DNA from: an uncultured Candidatus Altimarinota bacterium
Lineage (GTDB): Bacteria > Patescibacteriota > Gracilibacteria > BD1-5 > UBA2023
Assembly: GCA_963763105.1 (NCBI GenBank)
Contig: CAVXMT010000005.1
Coordinates: 4,685 to 68,684, forward strand
Length of the DNA: 64,000 bases
Reading direction: 5' to 3'
In this document: positions 1-11,905 of the stretch, one piece after another
How the letters are laid out: the number at the start of each line of letters is the position of its first letter
Numbering within the stretch: position 1 is the stretch's first letter
Notes under the pieces: generated by a model
The model's input: only the letters and a program-made list of their open reading frames with translations
What the model was told of the DNA's origin: nothing
Database searches by the model: none
Position numbers and translations under genes: made by a program

Positions 1-135
1 TGATACGATTGGGTGAAACGGTGGAAATATTTCGGTATCATTCAAATTGTCCAGATGATCCGAATAATTCTCGAAGATATCATAAGGAAAATCAAGTAAA
101 AGATAATCATCTTCCAGAATTAAAGCGAGCAGCAT
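1..135 (-). CDS. hypothetical protein, 5' fragment running off the window edge
   Basis: ATG at 135-133, 3 nt after the rarA stop. 45 sense codons to nt 1 without TAA/TAG. No motif recognised. Confidence 0.3.
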   Translation of the reverse strand, partial: MLLALILEDDYLLLDFPYDIFENYSDHLDNLNDTEIFPPFHPIVS

Positions 136-138
136 AGA

Positions 139-1527
139 CTATTTCCTATACTTTCTCCCCTTGAGTTCCTCTGGAAAATGTTCCTGTTCACTTTTCTTCG
201 ATTCAAGATTATGAGCATACTCGTATCCTTTTCCGTATCCAGCTTCTTTCATGAGACTTGTTGGAGCATTCCGAAGATGAAGAGGGACTCATAGATTTCA
301 GAATTCTCGAATATCACTGTGCATGGCTTGCATCGCTATGTATACGGAGTTGTCTCGTGGGGCTCATGCAAGATGGTAGGCAAGCTTGCAGAGTGGAAGT
401 TCACATTCTGGCATTCCCATTTTTTCACATATATCATAGACAGAATTAGCCATGATCATTGCGAGAGGATCAGCGAGTCCGACGTCCTCGGAAGCAAAGT
501 TGATCATTCGTCTGGCGATAAATCGAGGATCTTCACCACCAGCAAGCATGCGTCCTATCCAATATATTCCTGCATCGCCATCAGAATCACGGAGAGATTT
601 ATGCATGGCAGAGATGAGATTGTAGTGTTCTTCACCATCTTGATCATAGTTCAGAGATTTACTTCCAGCTTCAAGGATATTTTCTCGAGTGAGAGCTCAT
701 GTTCATTGGAGAATGCAAGCAGTTTCAAGAAGATTCAGAGTGTTACGAAGATCGCCTCATCAGAGCTTGGCAATAAGTCTGAGTACCTGTCATTCCTGCG
801 AAGGCAGGAATCCAGTATTTTTCTCTATACTTTTGTGACCAAAAGTATCAAAAGTCTCGGTGGAAGAAAAACTCGTTCGCTGTCGCTCATTATTTTCCTG
901 TTCTCATCTAACTCAGACAGTTTCTTCCCCCGAACCCTGCTGATTTCACTGTTCTCATGGCTTTACTGAAAAAATAATTTTCGGGTAGCGTGATTGAATT
1001 TCTGAGATATTCTTCTCGAGAAAAGCAATAATATCCTCTTCTTTTATCGGTTCGAGAATATATGTCCGACAGCGTGATAGGAGTGCATTGATCACCGTAA
1101 AACTCGGATTTTCTGTCGTTGCGCCAATGAGGGTGATGATGCCTTTTTCTACCCATGGAAGGAGTACGTCTTGTTGCGACTTGCTCCAGCGATGGATCTC
1201 ATCGAGAAAAAGGATAGTCTGTCTCCCTTCCTTGAAGTTTTTTTGGGCCTTTGCAATGATCTTTACGACATCTTCCTTTTTCGATAGGACTCCAGAGAGA
1301 TGGAAAAATTCTCCATCGAGTGAATTCGAGATGACACGAGCAAGTGATGTCTTTCCACATCATGGTGGTCACCAGAGAAGAATCGAAGGAAGTCTGCCTG
1401 CTTCGATAAATTTTCTGATCGATTTTCCTGGTCCAATAAGATGGGATTGTCCTACGAGATCATCGAGAGATTCAGGGCGGAGAAGCGAAGCGAGGGGAGT
1501 AATATTTTTTTCGAAGAGAGAATTCAT
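139..1527 (-). CDS. rarA: replication-associated recombination protein A (AAA+ ATPase RarA/MgsA) carrying a ~56-codon in-frame insertion
   Basis: Table-25 translation. Walker A is W-G-PP-G-CGKTS with both Gly encoded by TGA (1369-1371, 1360-1362). Also [31 protein letters not shown] and the C-terminal MgsA region [24 protein letters not shown] stop at 139-141. Confidence 0.9.
788..957. repeat. repeat-derived in-frame insertion inside rarA with two perfect hairpins (REP-like family, copy 1)
   Basis: Hairpin 1: ATTCCTGC-GAAG-GCAGGAAT (792-811). Hairpin 2: ATACTTTTG-TGAC-CAAAAGTAT (827-848). The GTCATTCCTGCG...CAGGAATCCAGT core recurs at 32146 and, as a variant, at 38235. Confidence 0.7.
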
Positions 1528-1616
1528 GGAAGGAATTATAGGTATTTTTGTGAATATGTAAAAAAACACTTGAAAATTAAGAGAATTCAGTATATTGACT
1601 ATTATAAATAATATTT

Positions 1617-2477
1617 ATGAATCCATTATCTGACTTTCCTCTCTTACATTCTCAAGATTTCAAGCTTTCGGCACCGCTTACCGATGAGCAATTCCAAGAT
1701 ATTTGTACTCAAATTAAGACAAGAGTTGTAAAACTGGTACAGAAAAAACCACAAGTTTCAATTGTTTTTCCTGCGTTTAATGAAGAGATGTATCTTCCAC
1801 TTATGCTCTGGACGCTCTCTAAGCTTGCTACTTCTACACCAATTGAAATTATAGGAGTGAATAATTCGAGTACAGATAGAACAGGGGAGATAATGCAAGA
1901 ATGTTGAATTATCAAGATAGACGAGAAGAGAAAGTGAGTTTCATATGCTCGTCAAGCAGGACTCGAAGCAGCACAAGGAGAATATATTGCTACTACAGAT
2001 GCTGATACTCAAGTGCCACGAGATTGGATAGATGTAAATTTGGATTATTTCAGAAATGACAAGAATTTAGTCTGTTTTTCCTCATGATCTCGAATGGAAA
2101 ATATTCATCCTTCCCACCGATACATCCAGAAAATTCCTCAATTTATTAGGGCTATATTATGAAAATCACATCCAGAAGGATTACAAATTTTTCCTGGACA
2201 TAATATGTTCTTCAAAAAAGAAAATGCTTTAAGTATTTGATGATATGCTCCATGATTTGATCTTGGTGAAGATAATATGCTTGCACAAAAACTGAAAAGT
2301 ACATGAAATATTTATACTGCCAGTAATTCGTCATCCCAAATTGTAGTAAGTTCAAGACGTTTAGATTCCTTTGTTAAGCTTATGACAATGTATTATCAGA
2401 GAGTTTTTTCTATTCAATGGCTTGATTACAGAGACTCTATCAGCAATGAGCCACAATCATTTCCAGATATCAGATAA
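1617..2477 (+). CDS. glycosyltransferase family 2
   Basis: VSIVFPAFNEE...IIGVNNSSTDRT...TTDADT (DxD) pattern. Nine in-frame TGA codons read as Gly. TAA stop at 2475. Confidence 0.8.
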
Positions 2478-2551
2478 AAACTTGCTTTTCCCTATTTTTC
2501 GCTATAATCCACTCATGATAACGGTGCCAAACACATATGTCGTCATACGAT

Positions 2552-2585
2552 AAAAAGAGGTCTTTCTTGACCTCTTTTTTCTTTT
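2552..2585 (+). terminator. intrinsic terminator-like hairpin
   Basis: AAAAGAGGTC-tttctt-GACCTCTTTTTT. Confidence 0.5.
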
Positions 2586-2627
2586 TAAGCGGCGCTTCTC
2601 ATTTCTATTCTTCGTTTTAATCTCAAT

Positions 2628-4268
2628 ATGAAAATAATTTTTGTCACATGAGGTGTTCTCTCTGGTATTGGGAAAGGTATTTCTGCCGCCTCGATCGGAG
2701 CTATCCTCAAGGGTATGGGAAAGAATGTCTATTGTCAAAAGATTGACTGATATCTCAATGTTGATCCAGGAACCATGTCGCCATTCCAGCATGGAGAGGT
2801 TTTTGTCACAGAGGATTGAGCCGAGACAGATCTCGATATTGGTCACTACGAGCGATTCCTCGATACCGACATGAATCGATTTTCCTCATTTACTTCTGGA
2901 AAACTCTATGAAGAAATCATTACCAAAGAGCGTCGTGGAGATTATCTTGGTGGTACTGTCCAGATCGTACCACATTTGACGGATCTTGTGAAAGAAAAAA
3001 TACGATCAGGATTTGATCTCGCAGGTGCTGATATTTCGATCGTCGAAATCGGAGGAACAGTCGGAGATATGGAGAATGAATATATTCTCGAATCAGCCCG
3101 TCAACTTCAGCATGATCTTGGAAAAGAGAATGTAATTTTTGTTCATGTAGCACTTCTTCCATATCTTGCTGCAAGCAAAGAACTCAAGACAAAGCCAATC
3201 CAGCACTCTGTCCGAACACTCATGAGCTATGGAATCAATCCTGATTTTCTCATCATCCGTGCGGATGCCCCGATTCCAGAGGATGTGATAGAGAAGATTG
3301 CACATTCGACGGGAATTTCCAGTACACATGTGATTCCAGCGCCGACGCTTGATTCGATTTATCGAGTTCCACTTTCTTTTCATGCGGAGCATTTCTGAGA
3401 GAAGATTTTTGCTGATCTCGGACTTCCAGAAGTGAAAGCAGACATGAAAAAATGGGAAATTCTTCTTGCAAACATAGACGCTTCACACGATATTCTTCGT
3501 ATCGCTATGGTCGGGAAATATGTCGGACTTGAGGATGCATATTATTCACTCAATGAATGACTCAAAGCAGCAGGATTTGCTCATCAGAAAAAGGTAAAAC
3601 TTGAATTCATCGAAGCAGAAGATATAGAAAAGGAATTGAAAATTGAAAATTGAAAATTGAAAATTACGGATCAAGGAAAGATCTCAGAAATCAAAATCCT
3701 TCAATGATTCGATGGAATCTGCATTCCTGGAGGATTCGGGACGCGTGGAACAGAAGGGATGATCGAAGCTGCAAAGTATGCTCGAGAGAATAAAATTCCT
3801 TATCTCGGAATCTGTCTTGGCTCACAAATAATGGCAATCGAATTTGCACGCAATGTTCTCGGAATTGTGGATGCTTCGAGTGAAGAATTCAATGTTGAAT
3901 GAAAGAATAATATCATCCATATTATGGAACATCAAAAAGGCCTCACGACGAAGTGAGGAAATATGAGACTTGGATCCTATCCATGTATCATTCATGAAGG
4001 GACATTGGCTGGAAAAATTTATAATGAACTTACTGTCTCAGAACGTCATCGTCATCGATTTGAATTCAATCCTGCATATCGCGAACAGATGGAAGCAAAA
4101 GGATTTCTCGTCTCAGCGACGTCACCTGATGGGACACTTGCTGAAGTCGTAGAGATCAAAGATCATCCATATATGATCGCAACACAATCTCATCCTGAGC
4201 TTATTTCTCGTCCGACAAGACCTCATCCACTTTTCATGGGATTTGTGAAGGCAATGATCGGTTCGTAA
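2628..4268 (+). CDS. pyrG: CTP synthase
   Basis: MKIIFVT-G(TGA)-GVLSGIGKG N-terminus, GGTVQIVPH, GATase domain PGGFGTRG...LGICLGSQ...HRHRFEFN. Single frame from 2628 to the TAA at 4266. Confidence 0.95.
3634..3665. repeat. (AATTGAA)x4.5 heptamer tandem array inside pyrG
   Basis: aattgaa aattgaa aattgaa aattgaa aatt, translated in frame as ELKIEN-G(TGA)-KLKI in the inter-domain linker. Confidence 0.9.
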
Positions 4269-4308
4269 TTTGCTTTTTACCCCATTTTTTCTATACTTTT
4301 TCACGCCT

Positions 4309-4394
4309 GCCCAGGTGATGAAATGGTAGACATGTGCGTTTCAGATACGCATGAGAGCAATCTCGTGTGGGTTCAAATCCCATCCTGGGCACCA
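4309..4394 (+). tRNA. tRNA-Leu (anticodon CAG), type II with long variable arm, CCA encoded
   Basis: Acceptor stem GCCCAGG/CCTGGGC. Anticodon stem TGCGT/ACGCA with loop TTCAGAT. Variable arm TGAGAGCAATCTCGTG. T-loop GGTTCAAATCC. Discriminator A followed by CCA. Confidence 0.9.
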
Positions 4395-4453
4395 TTCTTT
4401 TTGCCATTTCTCAAAATATCTGCTACACTTATAGCAGATATTTTATATTCACT

Positions 4454-5005
4454 ATGGCACAAGAAATCGAACGACAATATGTCGTCAATGCGACACATCC
4501 AGATTGGGAGAAGCTCAGAGCTTCGCTCCCAGCAAAGAAATATGTCCAAGCAACGATTCATCGTGGTGAGTGAAATAAACTTCGAGTACGACTTATAGAA
4601 GATCTCTGAACAGGAAAGAAAACGGCTGCCTTTACTTTCAAAGTACAGAAGAAGTCAAAAAGATATGAACCAAATATTCGTGATGAGTATGAATGGGAAG
4701 TGCCGTACCGCGTTGCACTATTTATCATGATCGGACACAAGGATGTCCAGAAAATTCGCTACGAATATCGTCATATCGATGGGAAAATATGGGAACTTGA
4801 TGAATATATTGCTGATAATGAATGAATTGTTCTCGCTGATATAGAGCTCTCCACGCTCGATGAAAAATTCGAGATTCCTTCGTGGGTCTGACAAGAGACA
4901 ACAAAGCTCAAGAAGATTACCAATAATTCATTCTCGCTTCATCCATACAAGAGCTGGTCAGGAGAAGAAAAGAAGTGGTATGAGACACTCAAAACAAAAA
5001 AATAA
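4454..5005 (+). CDS. CYTH-domain protein (triphosphate tunnel metalloenzyme family)
   Basis: MAQEIERQYVV start (EIERKF-like motif) and ...EIPSWV-G-QETT tail. Four TGA-Gly codons. TAA stop at 5003. Confidence 0.7.
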
Positions 5006-5009
5006 TTTT

Positions 5010-5169
5010 TTGACAAACACCCATATATCTCTATCATCAGCTTATGAATTTCCAAGCTCGTCTTGCATACCTTGTCCAGCCTCCCCTTTCGACTCTCGGA
5101 AGGTAATTTCATATGAAATCTCAAATCCCTCCTCGAGAGTCTTAATTGACAAGAAGGGGGGATTTTTTA
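5010..5169 (+). ncRNA. candidate small structured RNA or elaborate terminator: promoter-like element followed by a long imperfect hairpin and T-tract
   Basis: TTGACA (5010-5015), 16-nt spacer, TATCAT (5032-5037). Nested pairings: CCTCCCCTT/AAGGGGGG, GACTCTCG/CGAGAGTC, ATTTCA/TGAAAT (5080-5163), then TTTTTT. Confidence 0.3.
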
Positions 5170-5473
5170 TTTATATTTCTTTCTCTATGATATCTTCAGC
5201 TATTTACAGACTTAATACTGTCGGCTCAGAGCTCTATTCAGAAGTCTGTGTAGATCGATGACGGACAGTCTATGATTTTCATGTGACATCAGAGCAGGTA
5301 GGAATGATACTCTCTATACAAGATCGAATATCAAGAACAGAATATAATCGATGGAAAATTTCTGGAAAAAAACGACAATGATGACATCTTAATCTCGAAA
5401 AATTCAGAAACACGTTTTTTGATAGCGAAAAATAGATTTCTTTCTATAATATCAACCATTAACTTTAACTCTT

Positions 5474-7165
5474 ATGCTTAAGCTTTCCACGTTCCCATTC
5501 AAGACACTCAAGACCCTTCCAAAAGTGAGTGATAATAAGTCTACTTCTATCCTTCTTCAGGGATGATATATTCGCCAATGCATGGCAGGCGCGTATGAAT
5601 TTCTCCCGATAGGATATAGAGTACTTCGTAATATCGAAAATATTGTCCGTGAAGAAATGGATAATGCTGGCTATCATGAGATGCTTATGACTATACTCAC
5701 TCCTCGTGAGCTCTGGGATACGACCAATCGATGGGATATTCCAGAATATTTCAAGGTGCCTGGATGGGGAACGAGCGAGTTTCGTATTGCACCGACGAAT
5801 GAAGAAAATGTCACCAGTATTTTCCGAGAATTTATCCAGTCGTACAAGGATCTTCCGACGTGCGTCTATCATATTCAGAAAAAGTTTCGAAATGAGAAAC
5901 GAGCAAAATCAGGACTTCTTCGTGGTCGAGAATTTATCATGAAGGATGCCTATTCTTTCCATGCAAATATAGAGGATTTCGAAGCTTTCTATGAGAATAT
6001 CAAGTGAGTCTATATGCGAGTTTTTGAGCGACTTGGAATTGGTGCTGATACAGTCATTGCTGATGCTGATGGTGGCGCTATTTCTGACAAGAATTCTCAT
6101 GAATTTCAGACATTTATCGAAATTGGTGAAGATACTATTGTGCAGGATAGCTCAGGATATTCATACAATCTTGAGCTTGCTTCAGGAATTGCCGATACAA
6201 AAAATCCTGATGAGAAAATACAGTCTCTTGAGTATATCGATACCATCGATGAGATCGTCACTATGGAAAAGATGACGAAATATTTCAATGCTCCAGCTTG
6301 GCAGATGCTCAAGACAGTTGTCTATAAGACAAAAAGTGGAAAATTTTTCTCTATTGTCATTCGATGAGATCTTGATGTGAATGAGATCAAGGTTCGTAAA
6401 TTTGTCGCAAAAAAATATGGTGAAGAATTTACTCAAGCAACAGAGGATGACTTGATTTCTCTCGGTACTGTTCGTGGATTTATTACACCAATACGAGCTT
6501 CAAAACTCAAGATGGAAAACTTTGGTGATGAATCTCTTATGAGTGCGAAGAATTATTTTGGTGGCGCGAATACACTCGCAAAATCGACAAAAAATGTAAA
6601 TATTGCTGATCTTGATATTGCTGAATTCCTTGATTTCAATGAACCAATCGAATGATTTACTTCTCGAAATGTATCTGGCGAAAAGCTCACATTTCGTAAA
6701 GCATGTGAAGTAGGGAATATTTTTCATCTGGGAGAGAAATATTCGAAACCATTCGGACTCGCATATTCTGATGAGAACAATAATACTGTAAATCGAGTAG
6801 AAATGGGATGTTATGGAATCGGAGTTTCGCGACTTATGGGCGTTCTCGCTGAGTATTTCATGACAGAAAGTGGAATTGCTTGGCCAGAATCTGTTGCCCC
6901 TGCTGATTATTATATTATTGTGCTCGGTGAAGAAAATATTGCTTGAGCAACTATCCTTGCAAAATCTCTCGAGAAAGAATGAAAGACAGTTATTCTTGAT
7001 GATCGAATGGGTGGAAAATTTGGATTTGGTCAGAAGGCAGCTGATTGCGATCTCTGGGGTATTCCGAATCGGATTGTTCTTTCACCGGGGACTCTTGGAG
7101 AAGGAGGATACGAAGTGAAGGGGCGAACACAAAGTGAAAGTGAAATAATTCCATATTCTTTTTAG
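5474..7165 (+). CDS. proS: prolyl-tRNA synthetase
   Basis: Class II aaRS motifs FRNEKRAKSGLLRGREFIMKDAYSF and EVGNIFHLGEKYS, GCYGIGVSRLMGV, plus a C-terminal anticodon-binding domain. Every codon from 6653 to 7165 checked in frame. Confidence 0.95.
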
Positions 7166-7175
7166 CTTAATTTTT

Positions 7176-7802
7176 GTGAAGAGATTTCTTCTTTTTTTCA
7201 TCTTTCTCGGAGTTCTTTCTCTTTTTCCATGGTTTCTGATCTCAGGGATGGTATCAGATTCACTCTATCGTGATGTGGACGCTATTCCAGAACGAGAAGT
7301 CGGACTTCTTCTTGGGACGACCCCAAGTGTAAATGGAATCAATAATGTTTTCTATTCGACTCGCATCGAAGCTGCGAAAATGCTCTATGAACGGGGGAAG
7401 ATCCACCATATTCTTGTCTCATGAGATAATAGCACTGCCGCATATAATGAGCCTGAAGCGATGAGAAAATCACTTGTAAAGTCATGAATTCCAGAATCAG
7501 CGATTACACTCGACTATGCTGGATTTCGAACACTTGATTCTGTAGTGCGTGCTGGAGAAGTATTTTCTCTTACATGATGATTCACAATTATTTCTCAGCC
7601 ATTTCATGTCGAGCGAGCCCTCTTTCTTGCTCGGGCTAATCATATCGATGCGATCTGATATGGCTCTGCAAATGTGAGTCTATCTCTTGGGCTTCGTACC
7701 TATATTCGAGAAATTGGAGCTCGGTGGTTGGCGCTCTATGATGCTATTTTCGGAACAAATCCTATAGTGCTTGGTGATGTAGAGTTGCTCAATGGGAAAT
7801 AA
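7176..7802 (+). CDS. SanA/YdcF-like DUF218 membrane protein
   Basis: GTG start, N-terminal TM helix, then EREVGLLLGT...ILVS-G-DNSTAAYNEPEAMRKSL...IISQPFHVERALFLA. Confidence 0.75.
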
Positions 7803-7858
7803 TTTGCTCTCAGGGAGAAAATCTATACAATCCGCGACATTGTAACTTGTAGATTTTT

Positions 7859-9301
7859 ATGCCAAAAAACCAGATACTTGAAAATATCACAATCGATAAA
7901 CTTATATTCTGAGGAAAATGACTCTGAGTCGCGCCTGATGGAAGGAAGATTATTATTACTGGTGGGTGTATACCACAGAGCATTGTGAATGTCCGAGTTC
8001 TCAAAGAACGAAAGTCTCACTATGAAGGACAAGAACTTCAAGTCGTAAAGAAATCTCCGCTTGAAATTCCTCTCCAGAAATGACATCAACTCTATGGTGG
8101 AGCAAAGTGGCTTACGATCGGATATGAGGACCAACTGAAAATCAAGGAATGACAGGTGAGAGAAGCATTTCATCATCTTCGCGATTACACAATAGATACA
8201 GTATGGTATCCAATCATTGCATCACCACAGATCTATGGATATCGAAATAAAGTCGAGTTTTCATGGGGAAAATACATAAGTGAGCGAGAATGAATTCATG
8301 ATGATTTCCGATTTGGATTCCATGCTCAATGACAATTTGATCGGATTATTGATTGCACCTACTGTGCTCTAGTAGATGAGGAGATTAACGATATATTTCA
8401 TACAATTGATACACTTTCCCGATCTTCGGGATTTCCGACATATGATCCAAAAACGTCAGAAGGTTTCTGGCGTCATCTTGTCATAAGAAAGGCACATAAA
8501 ACCGGAGAGATTATGCTTATTTTTTCAGTGAATGGAACATGGGAACCGACACATACAAAAACAGAAAACACAAAGGAATATTTCTTCGCAAAAATGGTTC
8601 AACAGTTGACCGAAAAATTTCCTCATATTGCATCCGTATTCTTTCTAGAAAATATTGGACGAGCAGATATTGTGCAATGAAATTCTATCATTCTCTTTGG
8701 TCAACCAGCGATTACTGAGACACTTCTCGGACTTACATTTGAGATTCAGCCGAAGAGCTTTTTCCAAGTCAATACTCTCGGAGCTGAAAAACTCTATACA
8801 CAAACGAGTGATTTTATTCGAAATAAATGAGGAATACTTCTTGATCTCTATGCAGGAACTGGGACTATTGGCATCCTTCTTGCGAAGAACTTTGAACAAG
8901 TCTATTCAGTGGAGATGATTGAGTCTGCAAGTGAAGATGGACAAAAAAATGCGGAGAGAAATAATGTCACTAATATAGAATTTATCTGTAAAAAAGTAGA
9001 AATATTTGCACAGGAATTCAAGGATGCAAGAAAAAAGGTAGATACGATTGTCATTGATCCACCTCGAGATGGGATGCATCCATCGACACTTCCGAGTCTT
9101 CTTTCTTTTGATGCTTGAGAGATTATTTATGTTTCCTGTAATCCAGCTACTCTTACACGTGATCTCGAAGTCCTTGTTGGGAAGGCTCGTGATGAGAAGC
9201 TCGAAAATAAAACAAAATACCGTATTACGGATGTTGCACCCGTCGATATGTTTCCACATACGCATCATATTGAGACAATAGTCAGACTCGAGAAGATATA
9301 A
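7859..9301 (+). CDS. TrmA/RumA-family RNA (uracil-5)-methyltransferase with N-terminal TRAM domain
   Basis: [10 protein letters not shown] (SAM motif I), [21 protein letters not shown]. 480 codons in one frame under table 25. Confidence 0.85.
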
Positions 9302-9338
9302 AAAATGGAAATGAATATTTATTCAGTTCCATTTTTTT
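9301..9338. terminator. bidirectional terminator hairpin between convergent genes
   Basis: AAAAATGGAA-N16-TTCCATTTTTTT. Confidence 0.6.
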
Positions 9339-9361
9339 AAGCTATAGTATTTTCAGAATTC

Positions 9362-9808
9362 TTATTTTGAGGCACATCCAGTAAGAGTCTCTGATCCTAC
9401 GAGAACAGTTGCCTTATAGGTATATTTTGTCTCACTCATACCATCACTACAAGCTCCTTTTACGAGATTGATAAAGAAATCACCTTTTACACCACTGATT
9501 GTTACAAGAGCTCATTTATCACTTTGTGTTGTAGAAAATGTCAATGTTTTTACTCCAGCATCTCCAGGACGGCTGAGTACAACACCCGTAGCAGATATAT
9601 CTGCTGACCAAAATGGCTCAGTTCCCTTTGCTTTATACGATTCACCCTTTGCGGGTATAGCTATAGGGGTAGTTGCCTCACCAGAGGCAGTTAGTGGTAC
9701 ACTCGGATATGTATTTACAGGAACAGGAGATTCGGCACTAGGAGTTCACCACCATGTACAAGAAGCGAGGAAAACGAGCGAAGAAATAGCAAAAATAGAA
9801 TATTTCAT
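9362..9808 (-). CDS. lipoprotein (EPFW-motif small periplasmic protein)
   Basis: Signal peptide with lipobox MKYSIFAISSLVFLAS-C, and GTEPFWSADIS. The 9468..9935 plus-strand ORF is its antisense shadow. Confidence 0.7.
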
Positions 9809-9865
9809 AGAAAAAGAATTAAAAAATAGATATTCGTATTTTATTCTTTTTATTGGAGAAGTAAA

Positions 9866-11062
9866 CTATTTTATCGAGAGAGTAAATACTGTCCCTTCAT
9901 TCACAATACTTTTCACAGATATTTTCCAGCCATAGAGCTTTACTATACGATCGACGACAGAGAGTCCAATGCCAGTTCCTTCATATTTTCCACTGCGATC
10001 TACACGAAAAAATCGGTCAAATATTTTTTTGGTATCTTCTTCATTCATTCCAATTCCCGTATCTCTGATGGAAAGGAGATTATTTTTCCATGAGATATGT
10101 ATTTTTCCACCTTCTTTATTGTAACGGATCGCGTTTTGTAGGAGATTGGAAAAAAGAATATGAAAATGATGAGGATTCACCGAAATTTTTGCATTTTTTG
10201 CTATATCAAGAGTGACACTAAGATTCTTTGATTCGATTTCTCTTTTTCGAGTTTCGATAATTTCTTCAATAGCTTTTCATATTTCTATATGTTCTGCTTT
10301 TCCTGATTTTTTAATATTTACAAGCTCGAGAAGGCCATCCAGGGAACTACTCATAGAAAGTATAGTAGCAATATTTTCTTCGATGAGATCTTTCTCAAAG
10401 TGTTTCGAATCTCTGAGTATCTGAAGATTGCCAGAAACAATTGCAAGTGGAGTCTTGAGCTCATGCCCAGCATCATGAACAAAGTGTGACATAGCATTCA
10501 TATTTGCTTCTACAGGAATGAGTGTCTCACGAATGAAATATCTTCCCATGAGATAAAATGGAATCAGAATAGCAAAATCCATAGCAAGAAATCGGAGAAT
10601 ATCACGAAAAATATCTTCGAGAGGATATCAAGATCTTCGGAAGAATATTGTAAATTGTTCCTGTCCAGAGCCACTTGATACTTTCCGTAGAAGAAGATCA
10701 TCATATTCTGTGGTGGTCTCAAGAGGAAGAGATTTGAATACTTCTTTTTTTACGAATTCATCATCACTTTCGATATTGAGATTTCCTTGATTCCTGATAA
10801 CATTTCCTTCAATATCCACAATCACCGTATTCATTCCGATAGCTGGAGCCCTTCTTCATTTTCAGACGGGAGGTTCGTGAGAATTCTGTCTTTCGAGAAC
10901 ACGAGTAATCTGACTTTCAAAATTTTGTTTTTGGAATTGGCTTTCCATCAGCAGTCTTCAAATTATGAAAAATCCTTCAAATAAAAGAAGAAAAATAAAG
11001 GCTCATCAGACAAAGAGTGTCACAAGCCGTCGTTCAGTAGATAGAAGTGAATGTTTTTCCAT
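9866..11062 (-). CDS. sensor histidine kinase
   Basis: H-box HDAGHELKTPLA, N-box LLQNAIRYN, G-boxes DTGIGM and GTGIGLS, N-terminal TM segments. TAG stop at 9866. Confidence 0.85.
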
Positions 11063-11073
11063 AAGAAGATGTT

Positions 11074-11739
11074 TTATTTTTCAGCGAGGAGATATCCGAT
11101 TCATTTTCTAGTCTCAATGACGGTTGGATCGATTTTTTTTCGAAGATATCCGATATAAACTTCGACGACTTTTATTTCTCCCCATGCATCATATATTCAC
11201 CAAACCTTCTCAGCGAGTTCTATTTTCGTGATGATTTTACCAGTATTTTGTGCGAAATAGAGAAGGAGTTCATATTCTCGTTTTGAAAGATTCTTTGATT
11301 CACCTTTCCAAAACACAGTATGATTTTCTGCATTAATACTGAGATTTCCTACTTCGATTTCTTCAGTACTTTTTTGTGTATGATTTCTTCGTCCGAGAGC
11401 TTTGATTCGAGCAACCAATTCTCGATAATCACAGGGCTTCGAGAGATAGTCATCTGCACCATAATCAAGTCCAGCAATAATATCGCTTCGAGTACCACGA
11501 GAAGTGAGCATGATAATAGGAGTAGATTTTCCCTCCTTTCTGAGCCTTCGGCAGATTTCTATACCATCCATTCCAGGAAGCTCGATATCGAGAATTATGA
11601 CATCATAATTATTGTTCACAGCTTCCATATATCACTCTTGTCCATCAGTCCTGAGTGTACAAGAAATCTCCTCATTCGCGAGGTAGCGAGTGACGGTCTG
11701 TGCAAGTGCGATGTTGTCCTCGATAAGAAGGGTATACAT
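11074..11739 (-). CDS. OmpR-family response regulator
   Basis: Receiver domain MYTLLIEDN...DVIILDIELPGMDG...IIMLTS...DDYLSKP, plus a winged-helix output domain EYELLLYF...VEVYIGYLRKK. Confidence 0.9.
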
Positions 11740-11905
11740 AGTTTTCTAAGGGTAAAAATATTATATAGATGCTTCTTCTATTTCCAAATTTCGAGAATCG
11801 AGAGAAGAAAATATTTTTTATTCAATGTAACAAAATACCGTAAGAAGAAGGTAAGAGTAGCATGAAAGGATTTGCATTTACGAGAAATACTCTAAAATTA
11901 CTTTT

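Noticed and set aside
4309-4394. The possibility that this tRNA is the TGA-decoding tRNA, since TCA occurs in the anticodon loop.
   Set aside because: The only 5-bp anticodon stem (TGCGT/ACGCA) leaves the loop TTCAGAT, which places CAG at positions 34-36. The long variable arm also fits tRNA-Leu, not Gly.
5080-5163. SRP (4.5S) RNA, suggested by the long hairpin and a CGGAAGG stretch.
   Set aside because: The apical loop is an AT palindrome (ATTTCATATGAAAT). The conserved GGAA-tetraloop context with AGCA on the 3' side is absent.
4860-5433. A long open frame (190 codons under table 25) overlapping the CYTH gene's 3' end and the downstream gap.
   Set aside because: The first third overlaps CYTH out of frame and the remainder runs through the hairpin/terminator. 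It has no motif, and its composition looks non-coding. Only the 5187-5433 part is kept, as a very weak possibility.
5170-5473. A T-box leader for proS.
   Set aside because: No T-box sequence (GGTGGTACCGCG-like), and no recognisable specifier loop or antiterminator could be found.
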